Shown: piece by piece, positions 10,790 through 20,653 of the stretch | Layout: every line of letters begins with the position of its first letter | How positions within the stretch are numbered: position 1 is the stretch's first letter | NCBI GenBank assembly: GCA_020536535.1 | Contig: JAHLWZ010000964.1 | Span: forward strand, 1 to 37,382 | Direction: 5' to 3' | Length of the DNA stretch: 37,382 bases | DNA from: Pelomyxa schiedti | Lineage: Eukaryota; Protista; Evosea | Notes under the pieces: model-generated | The model's database searches: none | Told to the model about the DNA's origin: nothing | The model's input: only the letters and a program-made list of their open reading frames with translations | Made by a program: the position numbers and the translations under genes

Positions 10790-11731
10790 ATGATGCTCCA
10801 CACGGTGGTGACGAAACGTAGCGGGGTCGGGATGGGGCTATCGTCGCCATCGCCATCGAAGCAGTCGCAATACGGGATGCCGCACCACGGCCCCAACGCC
10901 GGGCGCTCGCCAGCCCACGTCGTCGGCCGCGGCGGCGCGGGCGGGGGCGGCGGGGGTGGTGCCCTCGGCTCCGCGTCCTCGCCCCCAGGCGGCGGCGCCC
11001 AGATGAGCGACGAGCACGCGGCCGCGGTGGCCACGCTGAGGCACGCCCTGGATCTGCTGCGGTCCAGCGACCCAGCCTCCGAGCAGCAGCTCGCCGACCT
11101 GGTCGACCGCGAGCTCAGGCAGCAGCAGCACCAGCAGCAGCAGCAGCAGAAGGCGGAAGCCATTGGGGGCGCACAGCAGGCCTCCAGCACTACGACGGGG
11201 GGGCACCACCCCCTCCGTAGGCAGCAGGCCAAGGCACAGGCACAAGGGGGGGGCTGGGGCGTGGAGACCATCACACCCGCAAGGAAGCAGGGGCTGGGGG
11301 GGATAAAGAAGGAGGCTGCTGCATCGAAGCAGCAGGCTGCAGCGGACTCGGCAGTTTCCTCGGCGGCAACTGTGCAGTCAACAAACGAGAACGGCAGTGG
11401 GACAAAAATTGGAAAGAACGCTGTGGAGGACGAAGGTGATGACGATGGAGGTGGTGGTGGTGAGCCGCAGCAGCCGCAACCAAAGCACTACAAACCAAGC
11501 CCAACCACACACAAACCCAAGGCCAAAGCCAAGCCCGCAGCGACCTCGGCTTCTACATCACCACCAACAGTAGGCAGCAGTACTCCCCCTGTTTCGACAA
11601 CCACCATGACAACAAGAAGAAGCTCCAAGTCACGCCTCGCAGCAGCTGCGGCAGCAAACACAAGCACAGGCAGTGGAGCCACAGCTCCCACACCGCCTAA
11701 AACCAGTACACAAATGAATGAGAATATATGA
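10790..11731 (+). CDS. Hypothetical low-complexity G/Q/A/S/T-rich protein
   Basis: GC-rich open frame of more than 300 codons with polyG, polyQ and one helical segment (EHAAAVATLRHALDLLR..LADLVDREL). True start uncertain. Confidence 0.6.
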   Translation: MMLHTVVTKRSGVGMGLSSPSPSKQSQYGMPHHGPNAGRSPAHVVGRGGAGGGGGGGALGSASSPPGGGAQMSDEHAAAVATLRHALDLLRSSDPASEQQLADLVDRELRQQQHQQQQQQKAEAIGGAQQASSTTTGGHHPLRRQQAKAQAQGGGWGVETITPARKQGLGGIKKEAAASKQQAAADSAVSSAATVQSTNENGSGTKIGKNAVEDEGDDDGGGGGEPQQPQPKHYKPSPTTHKPKAKAKPAATSASTSPPTVGSSTPPVSTTTMTTRRSSKSRLAAAAAANTSTGSGATAPTPPKTSTQMNENI

Positions 11732-11822
11732 AAATATAATATCTTTTGTGTTGGATAGCAATCACTTGTTAATGGGGATGATTTTTTCACGTTTTTTTGC
11801 TTTCAGAAATGTAACAATTTCA

Positions 11823-12746
11823 TCAGCAGTTGCAACATGAGCTGCTTGACTCCTCTTGTGTGGTGTTAGAGACCAGTGCACTGGATTCTTTTTCAGATGG
11901 GTAGATTCAATTGGTAAATCACTGCCAGCAGGCCTTTTAAAGTGGCTTCAGTTCCCAAATTAACTTTTGCACTGCATAGTGACCTTTTAGTTGGTATGTG
12001 TTTTGAATTGAACTAGAGTTGGCTTTCCTTACCACCCACTGAAATTGTGTTCCTTTGAAAATGTCTCAAGTTCACAGTTTGATTTACAGTGGAATTGTTC
12101 ATCACACTTGTGTTGTGTGTTAATCAAAAAATAGAAAGATAATACCTTTTGAGCGGCAAGCCAGCATGGAATGGCTGGTTTATTTGGTTTGGTTGTTTCC
12201 ACATCAATGAGTTTCTTCCACTCCAGCACCCGATCAAAAGATCCAGGATTAGCAATGCCAAAACAAATAAGGGCTCCATTAGCCTGCTTCATGCACGACT
12301 AGTAAAAATAAATGTTCATTATTTTTGAATATTTAATAATATTATTTTTGTTGTGCATACTTTGGCAATGCAAAGGAATCGCTCAGACCCTGTGATAAGT
12401 ATGTTGATAAAGTGAATTTGCTTTTTACACACCCGCAATGTCAACCAGAATCACTCGCACATGGTTCCCCAGCAAATCGATTGTAATTTCCTCTCTGGCA
12501 CTACCCTAGTTTGTCACTAAATCAGCATTTACTTCAAATGGCTTGAACTGTCAGAAACCAGAGTTCCGTGGCTACGCTCTTCATAGGTATCATGCACAAT
12601 GCGACGAACAAGGCACGTCTTCCCACAGTGAACTTCCCCAACCACCACACCACCACTGTATACCACAACTTAGGAGACGATGTGTGTATACTGGCTGGTG
12701 GTGGCCCCTCCAAAAGCCGGTCTGTTTCAGATGGTTGGTCTAACAT
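11823..12746 (-). pseudogene. Rab-family GTPase (Rab32/38/7L1-like) with two apparent frameshifts
   Basis: G1 VGEVHCGKT, G3 DIAGSERF, G4 AQKCD, G5 CSAK and C-terminal CCNC*. Frame breaks occur at about 12643-12652 and about 11895-11902. Confidence 0.8.
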
Positions 12747-13162
12747 TTTGTTTTTTTGTGGTTTGATCACGAGGGAATGATTGGGGTGGTGTCATCGGGA
12801 CTGGAGAACACTGGAGGTCGGGTGCCCTGCTGAAAGCTGAGGAAGATTTTGGGAGAAAAACTGCGGCTGGTGCCAGTAATACATTTCAGGGGAGCGGGCA
12901 GGTGAGGGAACTCTGCTGGCAGTTGACCATTTCAGGGGAAATCAGATTTCAGCATCACTGGATTTGCATACGTTGAGAGCCAATTCTAGTCAAAGCTACT
13001 TTGCCGTAATCAGCAGAAGCAGGCTCAGAGTTTCAAGTGTCACTTGATGGATAACCAAAGTGCGAAGTCACTTTTTGGGAGGCAGACAGTCTGGGGGTAG
13101 AAGCACTGTTGCCGATGCCTTGTTTGAGTAAGATATTTGTTTTTTTCAAGGAAATCAGACCA

Positions 13163-13350
13163 GGAAAACTTTTCCCTCAGTGAAACCTTCACCACCAGGT
13201 GAACACTTTGGCTCACTCAGTAAGGTGTTTGTCTACCACCTGGATCTTTGTTCTTGTTGCTTGGAAGAGGTTGGTTACCCCTAAAACCTTCACCCCTGGG
13301 GCAAAGGTTTTGAGAGGAAAAAAGCTTCAAGCTTCACCCCATGGGTGAAG
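13163..13350. repeat. Cluster of related short inverted repeats just 3' of the kinase gene
   Basis: GGAAAA-C-TTTTCC (13163-13175), TTCACC-ACCA-GGTGAA (13188-13203), AAAACCTT..CCCC-T-GGGG..AAGGTTTT (13283-13311), CTTCACCC-CAT-GGGTGAAG (13332-13350). Confidence 0.7.
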
Positions 13351-13365
13351 AAAAAGGTTAATGGC

Positions 13366-16191
13366 TCAACAGAGTAAGGGCGTGAGCAATGTGATTGCAC
13401 AGGCGGCGGACATCCTGAGGTTCTTCTGTGGGTTCATCATGTCAATTAGCACGCTCACGAAAGCCTCCACTCGCGGGTCGGGTGGTTTGGTAGGAACAAA
13501 GGGAGGCGGCAGTGGGAACGAATCCACGAGGGCTTTGGTTGTGAACCGGCACATGTCACCATTGAGGCGGCTGCCGATGAACTTGTGGTTGGCCGGCAGC
13601 AGTGCGTTGTAGAAAGTGAGGGCGAGGCTGAACGAATCGCACTTTGAGAGCGGGAACAGCTGGGAACCGGCCCTGGGGTTGTTGATGAATGACATTATCT
13701 CTGGTGGGATGGTGCCGAGGTTGCCCCATGTGTTGCCGGTTGGTGTCAGCTGTGCAGCCATTTGGCCTTGTGTGTCTTTGATGCACTCCTGCGCCATCCC
13801 AAAGTCAATCAGAGTGAGTTTCTGTGTCGGTGGGTCGACGACGATGTTGTCCTCCTTGATGTCTCTGTGGATTGAGGTCAGAGGATTGTAAAAAGAAAAA
13901 AGAAAAATGGAGAACCTGTGAACAATTGCATTGGACTCAAGGTGGTTGATTGCGGAAAGAGCTTGGTGAAAAAGGTTCAGTGTGGCACCAACCATCTGCC
14001 GCGGGGGCAATGATGACAAAAGTGACTGTTTATACCCCGATAAAGGTATACCACCACAGGGCATGAAGAACACAAATGACCGATGGTCCTTGGCCCACTC
14101 TTCATAGGCTGGCTTGTCATGAAGCAGTTCAAGGAAGTCTTGTGGCAAGCTGAGTTGGAGTCAATTGAAGTCAAGGAGGACCCAAAAAACCTTGGGATGA
14201 CAAAAGCACCGAGAGGATGAATGACATTCTGGTGATGTGGGATCAATGCAAGCGTCTGAACCTCTGTCATGTATTTGTTCCTCAGCAGTGTTTGTGTGAC
14301 AATTTCATCCATATTAAACTGGAGCTTCATGACCATCATCTGCGGTTCCAGTGAAGCCTTGCTTCCCTGGAACTGGACTTTGAATGCTGCACCATAAGAT
14401 CCTGTTCCAAGGAGCTCTTTCACAGTGAACTGTGAGATTCCGGCTGGAATCAGTGATGTCATGGTGCTGATTGTTTTCTGTAGTGTTGAAAAAAATCCTC
14501 CCAATTGGTTATACCTTGTATTGTGCCAACTCTTCTTCCCACTTCTGCTGGGTAGCTTGGTGTTGAACTTTCAAATTGTTGTTGGTGGTCTCACACTCTG
14601 ACAACCGGGTTCGAAGAAGGGTGTTCTCATCCTGCAGCTAAAAAAAAATAAGATATTATTAATTGGAAAGAGAAGCAACCTTCCTCAAATATGTCTTCAC
14701 TGTTTCGACAATTATTTCAATTTCTTTCCCTTGGACAATCCCAGTTTTGGCGGGACTGTGTATTGTGAAAAGAGGGTAAGGAGAACAAAAAGAGCACATA
14801 AAACTTGCAAATTCATTCCTCAGCAGTGAAAGCACTTTGGTGATGCCTGTCAGCTAATGTAGTGACAATCTCAGAAGGAGGGAAAAATAAACAAGTATAC
14901 TTGAGGAGGTGTGGCAGGTAGACTTAGTGGATGTTCCTTTACTTCAACCAACGGACTGGCAACTGCAGTAGGCTCTTTTTTCTCTGGTACGACATTGGAG
15001 TTTGGTTCCAGAATTCCATTTACGCCACTACCAGTAGCTGCATTTAATTCTGCAGTGGAACCACCAACTCCACTTGGTGTGGCCTCTTCTGCAACAGGGA
15101 TTTTCTGATATGATTATTCATTAAAGACAGTTCTCAGGGTGTTGGTTGTTAGCACTTCCTTACTTCTTTTTCAGTTATTACTCTGACAAATTTGGCTGGA
15201 AACCAGCCAACATCCCCATCAAGTTCCCCCTCCCACCATCCACTGTCATCCTTGATTTTCGTTAGGTTACCAGGAGGAGGAACAAAGGCAACTGTTCGTA
15301 AGACAGCAATTATGTCACCCTTGTGAAAGCCAAGCTCATCTACCCCTTCCGCTTTAAACTGAAAGTCAGCAGTGGCCTTGTATTTTATTTTCTCCTTTTA
15401 TTGTGATGAGTAAGGCACACAAAGTTCGTTCTCCATACATCTGGCAGAAAAAAAATTTAGTGGTATTCATTGATGATGGAAATAACCCTCTGGTAGCCTC
15501 TCTGCAAAGTTGCTTGGAAAAAGACCGATGGCTCCATCCAACTCTCCCTTAAACCAGCCACTGGGATTGTCTTCTAACACATTGAAAATATCACCATCTT
15601 TGAAGGACAATTCAAAGGGATCCTAGAATTGGAATTACCGGGTGACACAAAGGAAAAAGAGAAACCTCAGCATCATAATCATGCCTTGCCCTCATCTATT
15701 CACGAAGTTATAAATCATAAAAAGTTTCAAAGGAGGTAAACCCTGAACAGTACGGGGGTTGGTTGTGGGGAACCCGGTGTTACTACAGGAAATAGAGATG
15801 GCCACTTGCCCCGTTGCTGTTTCACCAGAGTTATTATCGTGACTGTTCCACGGTTTCTGGAAACCTTATATTCCCACTTGCATTTGCCTGGTTTCACAGC
15901 AGCGTACAGCGTGCCCTAACAGTGTTGGTGTAACTAACAAAAAGAAAATGACGTCGCATTACGCCAAGAAGTACCTCACAAATCGGAGCAGCACCCTTGA
16001 ACCCAGCCCTCAATGTAGTAGCAGTGATCACAACGTCTATGTCTCCTTTATTTTTGTTCTGAGGGGGCCTGAACCTCACTGTAACGGTGCTGCCGCCCTG
16101 CAACCACCAAAATGTTGGTGGGACTTTTCGTGACTGAAAAAAACACATTACGAGTGTGTACAAATAGAATAAGGGTTCTCACTGTGGCCAT
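13366..16191 (-). CDS. CS(p23/NudC)-SH3-SH3-coiled-coil-Ser/Thr kinase
   Basis: CS domain: FWWLQGGSTVTVRF..GTLYAAVKP..KW..LVK..KWPSL. SH3 domains: ARHDYDAEDPFELSFKDGD..GWFKGE..GLFPSNF and DELGFHKGD..GWWEGE..GWFPAKFV. Kinase: GTGSYG, MK, HRDIKEDN, DFG, PPE. All join in frame through short introns. Confidence 0.88.
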
Positions 16192-16359
16192 AGAGACCGA
16201 ACAACGACAGGTTTTTCAAATTGTGATTGATTCTGGGAAGTATAAATGAAAATGGAAGAATGGTGATGAAAAGAGGTCTGTTGGATCACAACAAAAGGGA
16301 TGTGAAAGGCTCGCCCTGGGCCCAGGGTGCTGTGGTGGAAACATGGGATTGAGTGGTCA

Positions 16360-17543
16360 TCAGAATGGGAGGCACGAGAGAAAATTTTTGCTGTACACTT
16401 CCTGGCAGGGCAGGGGCAGAGGCTGGCACCACAAACAAAGGCCAGTTAGGGTGTCTACAACACTAATGTTATCACGCCCCTGTGTTACAATGAACCCATT
16501 GGCAATTCTTGACACTGTGCCCAGGAAGTCTTCAGGGATGATGCAACAGGGATGCTCAAAATCTTCTGTTGAGAACACATAGAAGGCCGGAACTGACTCC
16601 CCAGGGAAGAAATACCTTCCCTCAAAGAAGTGGAATGTATCCACTTTGATTGGCTTGGAGCTGCAGCGCCTCATCACTTTGTTTGTACACAGTTGCATCA
16701 AAACATGATCGTTATTCCCGCTCTGCGCATCGCAATACATCTGCCTCACAATGATTCCATGCTTGAAAGACAAATATACGCCCTTGCACACTGTGTCCAG
16801 CTTGAACTCCTGAGTGACTGAAAACACCCCCAGCTTGTGTGTCTTCTCCAAGTCAACAAGCCACAAGAAATTCCTCTCCTCACCCTTCTTCACAGACACA
16901 CATGCTTGGTTCCCGCTCATCAGGTCCATCCACACCAGCTTCTCCCCCTCCGTCATTGTCACCCTGCTGACAACTCTTTCGCCCTGCATAGGCAGTGGGA
17001 TTTGCCACAGCTCCACCGCCTGGTTCTTCAGTGCATACACCACCTGCCACTCATCATTCCTCAGGCACCTTGTCTTCCGTTGCAGATAAGGTTCCGCCAG
17101 CCGGGCCCTCACCCTCCCAGTTTCCGAATCCGCGATGTGCGGGCACTCGCCGGCTCTCCAACTCGAAGCCACGACGCAACCGCGGTCTACCCACCCAATC
17201 ACTTCCACCAGTGCCTGTCTCCTCTGCGAATGCCAAACTTTCAGCACCCCCAGTGTGTGCGACACACTCAGGAACCAGTACCCGACGCAATCCTCCCAGA
17301 TTCGCGCCTGGTTCGGAAAGTCGGTGCCGACGGCTATCCTGCGGCGGGCGCCCATTATCCACTTCCGGCCGATTTCGTCGGCGACCACGCTGCTGGGCAG
17401 CACGGCGAGTGGAGAGCGAGAGGCACACCAACAACGCAAAAGCAAACGAACTGGTGACGTGCCCATCTCACGTTCTCCGCCTCTGGGAACTTAACACGCC
17501 CGCTTATCAACTCACCCCCAACATCAATACACCCTTCACTCAT
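16360..17543 (-). pseudogene. Lineage-specific family protein (F-box-like start plus beta-rich body) with an apparent frameshift near codon 35
   Basis: Intronless 368-codon frame. The family N-terminal motif WARHQFV lies in a different frame (17355..17555 ORF) from SPLAVLPSSVVADEIGRKW..VSHTLG. Confidence 0.55.
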
Positions 17544-17704
17544 CTGCAACAACATTCATGTGAGTGAACTCAGGAGGGGGCTACTTCAGAAGTAGAGGCA
17601 GCCCAACTTGAGTTCTGAGAGTGCCCGCCCTCAGAGAAAATTGAAACCAGAATCACAGAAAAAGAATAAATAAAAAAAATAAAAAAACCGAAGAAACATC
17701 GTCG

Positions 17705-18779
17705 ATGTTACTCAATCGAGCGCGGCAACAACAGCAACAGCAACAACGAAGTGGCGGGGCGACCACGTCGAGCCCAACAAACCCAATGAAAGTATCCGTG
17801 AGATCCCTCACGGTACTAAGGGGTACGCTTCTTTCCCCGTTCAACGCGTAGTTATGGAATTACAATACCATAGTTATTACATATTATCTAATGGTATTAT
17901 ATTTTCGGACATCTGTGTGTTTTTTAACTTGTGGGTTTTTGTTTATTTAGAATTTGGAACCGCAGGGGAGAGGCTACAGATGCCTGATTCTTGTAAGATG
18001 GAATTCCCAGGTGATACCACGATTTTCCGGACGGTTATCTAACTTTTCTTTCAGATGCTCCTATGACACCTGAAACCACTGCCTCGGCCGGGAAATACAA
18101 ACGATTTATTGTATGTGTATTATTAGAGCAAATGAAACCACCTACTTACCACCTTAAAACCCAATTAGGTTCACTTTACACCTCCTGAAGGGGTATTCAG
18201 TCATAAGATTACATATTCTAGCCGCTAACACCTTTTGTAAAAGATTTATGTTGGCGGTACATTCAGAATCGAGTTTGATGTCACCCACGTTCCAGACTAC
18301 CCAATGCACCCCCCAAAAGTCAAGATGCTCACAAAGGTACTCAGAAAATTTATATGTGCTTTCGTAAATCTCATTGATAGATTTGGCACCCCAACATTGA
18401 CACCAATGGAGCCATTTGCCACAACTACCTGAAAACTGACCCTGCCTTCCACGGCGGTTGGACACCTGCTCTTAGGATGCAAGTCCTTGTACAAGCCATT
18501 CTTACCATGTTTGATGTGTGTATTCGGCTTCCTGCTTTTCTTTTCCTTTTTTTACCCCTCTTACCATAAAATAGGAAAAGAGTGATAGTTTCAATCCCGA
18601 GGATCCTCTAAATATCGGTACCTTCCAACCATCATTTCCAATTGGACTTAACCTAACACTCTACAGAGGCAACATCACAATTACTTGAAAATAGACCCGC
18701 ATTTGTTGCAAAGGCCAAGGAATGGGTACGGCTCCATGCCCAACCAGTGCCCATTAAACCCCACTGTGCCGCGTATTGA
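17705..18779 (+). CDS. Ubiquitin-like conjugating enzyme E2, Ubc12/UBE2M/UBE2F-like
   Basis: LQMPDSCKMEFPD, FTPPEGIYVGGTF, DYPMHPPKV, IWHPNIDTNGAICHNYL (catalytic Cys present), WTPAL, NPEDPLNIEA. Missed by the ORF track because the exons are short. Confidence 0.9.
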
Positions 18780-18949
18780 TTATAAAAACACTTCCCTCCA
18801 TCTTGTTCTATTCTCTTTCAGTTCATTTGTTTGCAAACAAAACGCAATACGATAAAAGGAAGGGATAAGAGCACAAGTTTTTAGGTTTCTTTTATTTTGT
18901 CAAAATGATACTTCGAGGATGTATATTTAATCGGTAAATGAAGGAACTT

Positions 18950-20085
18950 TCACAGCTTGTTGAAGGAGACAATGTCGACTGACTGGACAATGTCGTCGTG
19001 ATCAAGGATTGTCTCCTCGAGGTTGTCAGTTGAAACCTTCTCGTCCTCAATAATGGCGACAATTTGCAGCTTCTTGATGCCGTAGGCAATGGGTACGAGG
19101 GTTGCTGTGTTGAGTGTTAATGTTGTTATTTGATGATAGAAATATTGTTTGTTATTAATGGAAGAGTGTGCCGGGCTTGTAGATACAAAGAGAAAGGAAA
19201 CATACACGCTCCCCAAAGAAGGCCATCCATCTCGATTCCACGTACAACACCCTCGACTTCGGCCAAGTCAGTCTCATCATCGTAAGGCTTGACATCAAAG
19301 ACAACACGTGACTTGAGGATTTTCTTGGGCTTGGCTGCTTCCGCGGCACGTGCAGCTTCCGCGGCCGCTTTAGCACCCGCCTCCTCTTCCGTGAGGTCGC
19401 TGAAGAGATCGAAATCGTCCTGTGTGGAGTTGAGTGTTTGAATTACTTGGCTTCACTTTTAAATATATGTTGTATCTAGAGGATGCACATACGTCTTTCT
19501 TCTCCGCAGCTGGTTTCTCGGCTGCGGGCTCAGTTGTTTCGGTTGTCGCTGTGGTTTCGGTTGTTTCGGTTGTCTCTGTGGTCTCTGCTGCCTCTTCCGC
19601 GACCTCTTCTACGGCCTCCTCCTCTGCCTCTGCCTCTACTTCCTCTCCGAGCAAACTAATATCAAAGGACGTAAGGCAAAAAAAAAAAAAAAAAGAGAGA
19701 GAGAAGAAGAAAGAAATCAATTTAAGGTGCAAAGTGATGTACATCCAAAGTGTCCAGTGTAGTGTTTTACCCAGACATACAATTAATTTCTTTATTTACA
19801 ATTTCCTTATTTCCTATTATTTTAAAAAAAACGAAAGCAAGAAACAAAGAAATAAACAAGCAGCACATACGCGGCGACTTCGTGCTCCGAGTATGACTCG
19901 ATGTGCCTGTACCACCTCTGTGCGTTGGCGTATGTTTGTGCGGGCAGCTTCCCGATGATCCTGAACACCTCGATGTCGTCCTTGCTGGCAACCCACCCTG
20001 TGATGTAGCTCTTGTCCTCAAGGAATTTGTCGAGTGCCTTGAGTCCCGCTGCTGTGTCGAGGTCGCCAAATTGGTTCGCTGCCAT
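18950..20085 (-). CDS. EEF1B: Translation elongation factor 1-beta
   Basis: GLKALDKFLEDKSYITG, RWYRHI, DDFDLF, KSRVVFDVKPYDDETD, GLLWGA, PIAYGIKKLQI, VQSVDIVSFNKL; three GT-AG introns. Confidence 0.97.
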
Positions 20086-20653
20086 TTTTTTCGTATGTTG
20101 TAATGTTGTTCCCGGTGTGTTGGGGTTATGGGTTTGTTACTGTGACGAGAGTTAGTGGCTCCGGAGTATATAAAGTGGGGGGAGCATCGCGAGTGGGGCG
20201 AATATCGCGGGTAATTATTATGGGAGGTGTCGCACACGTACGCGCGACGGGCGTGTGACGAGCAATTGAAAAAGAATAAAAATGATGAATGTTTTTTATT
20301 TTTTGTTCATCGTGGTTTTGTGGCGTAATGTTATTTCTCAATTGTTATCTCATCTGGAGGTTCCATGATCAGATCTCAGTATTCCTAGCTTGATTAGCTT
20401 CTATGGTGCCCTATGGACCTAGTACAGGCCACATACTCATTCCCCCACTTCTCTTTGGAGATCGAGACCACTTGCACTGGGAATGGATCTTCCACGCACT
20501 CTGGGGATTACTGCATGTGTCATTTGTGTGCGGGGGTGTATGTGGACAAGATGTTGCTGTTCATCGGCACGTGCAAAACAAACCAAAATTAGCCGAAAAG
20601 TTTTTTCTTCTACTTCGGGGTTGCGGCACGAGGCGGCACAACAACGAAATCAA
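20086..20653. promoter_or_regulatory. Divergent promoter region between EF-1beta and RasGEF
   Basis: Intergenic. A TATATAAA element (20167-20174) lies about 80 nt upstream of the EF-1beta ATG, followed by a CpG-rich patch. Confidence 0.35.

Noticed and set aside
10033-11790. Multiple long overlapping antisense ORFs (also at 16837-17567, 26067-26618 and 28016-28565)
   Set aside because: They are shadows of GC-rich or low-complexity coding sequence on the opposite strand or frame.
19656-19870. Long EF-1beta intron 1 as a snoRNA host or hidden exon
   Set aside because: No C/D box pair is visible on the sense strand, and the internal AG..GT segment gives an immediate stop.
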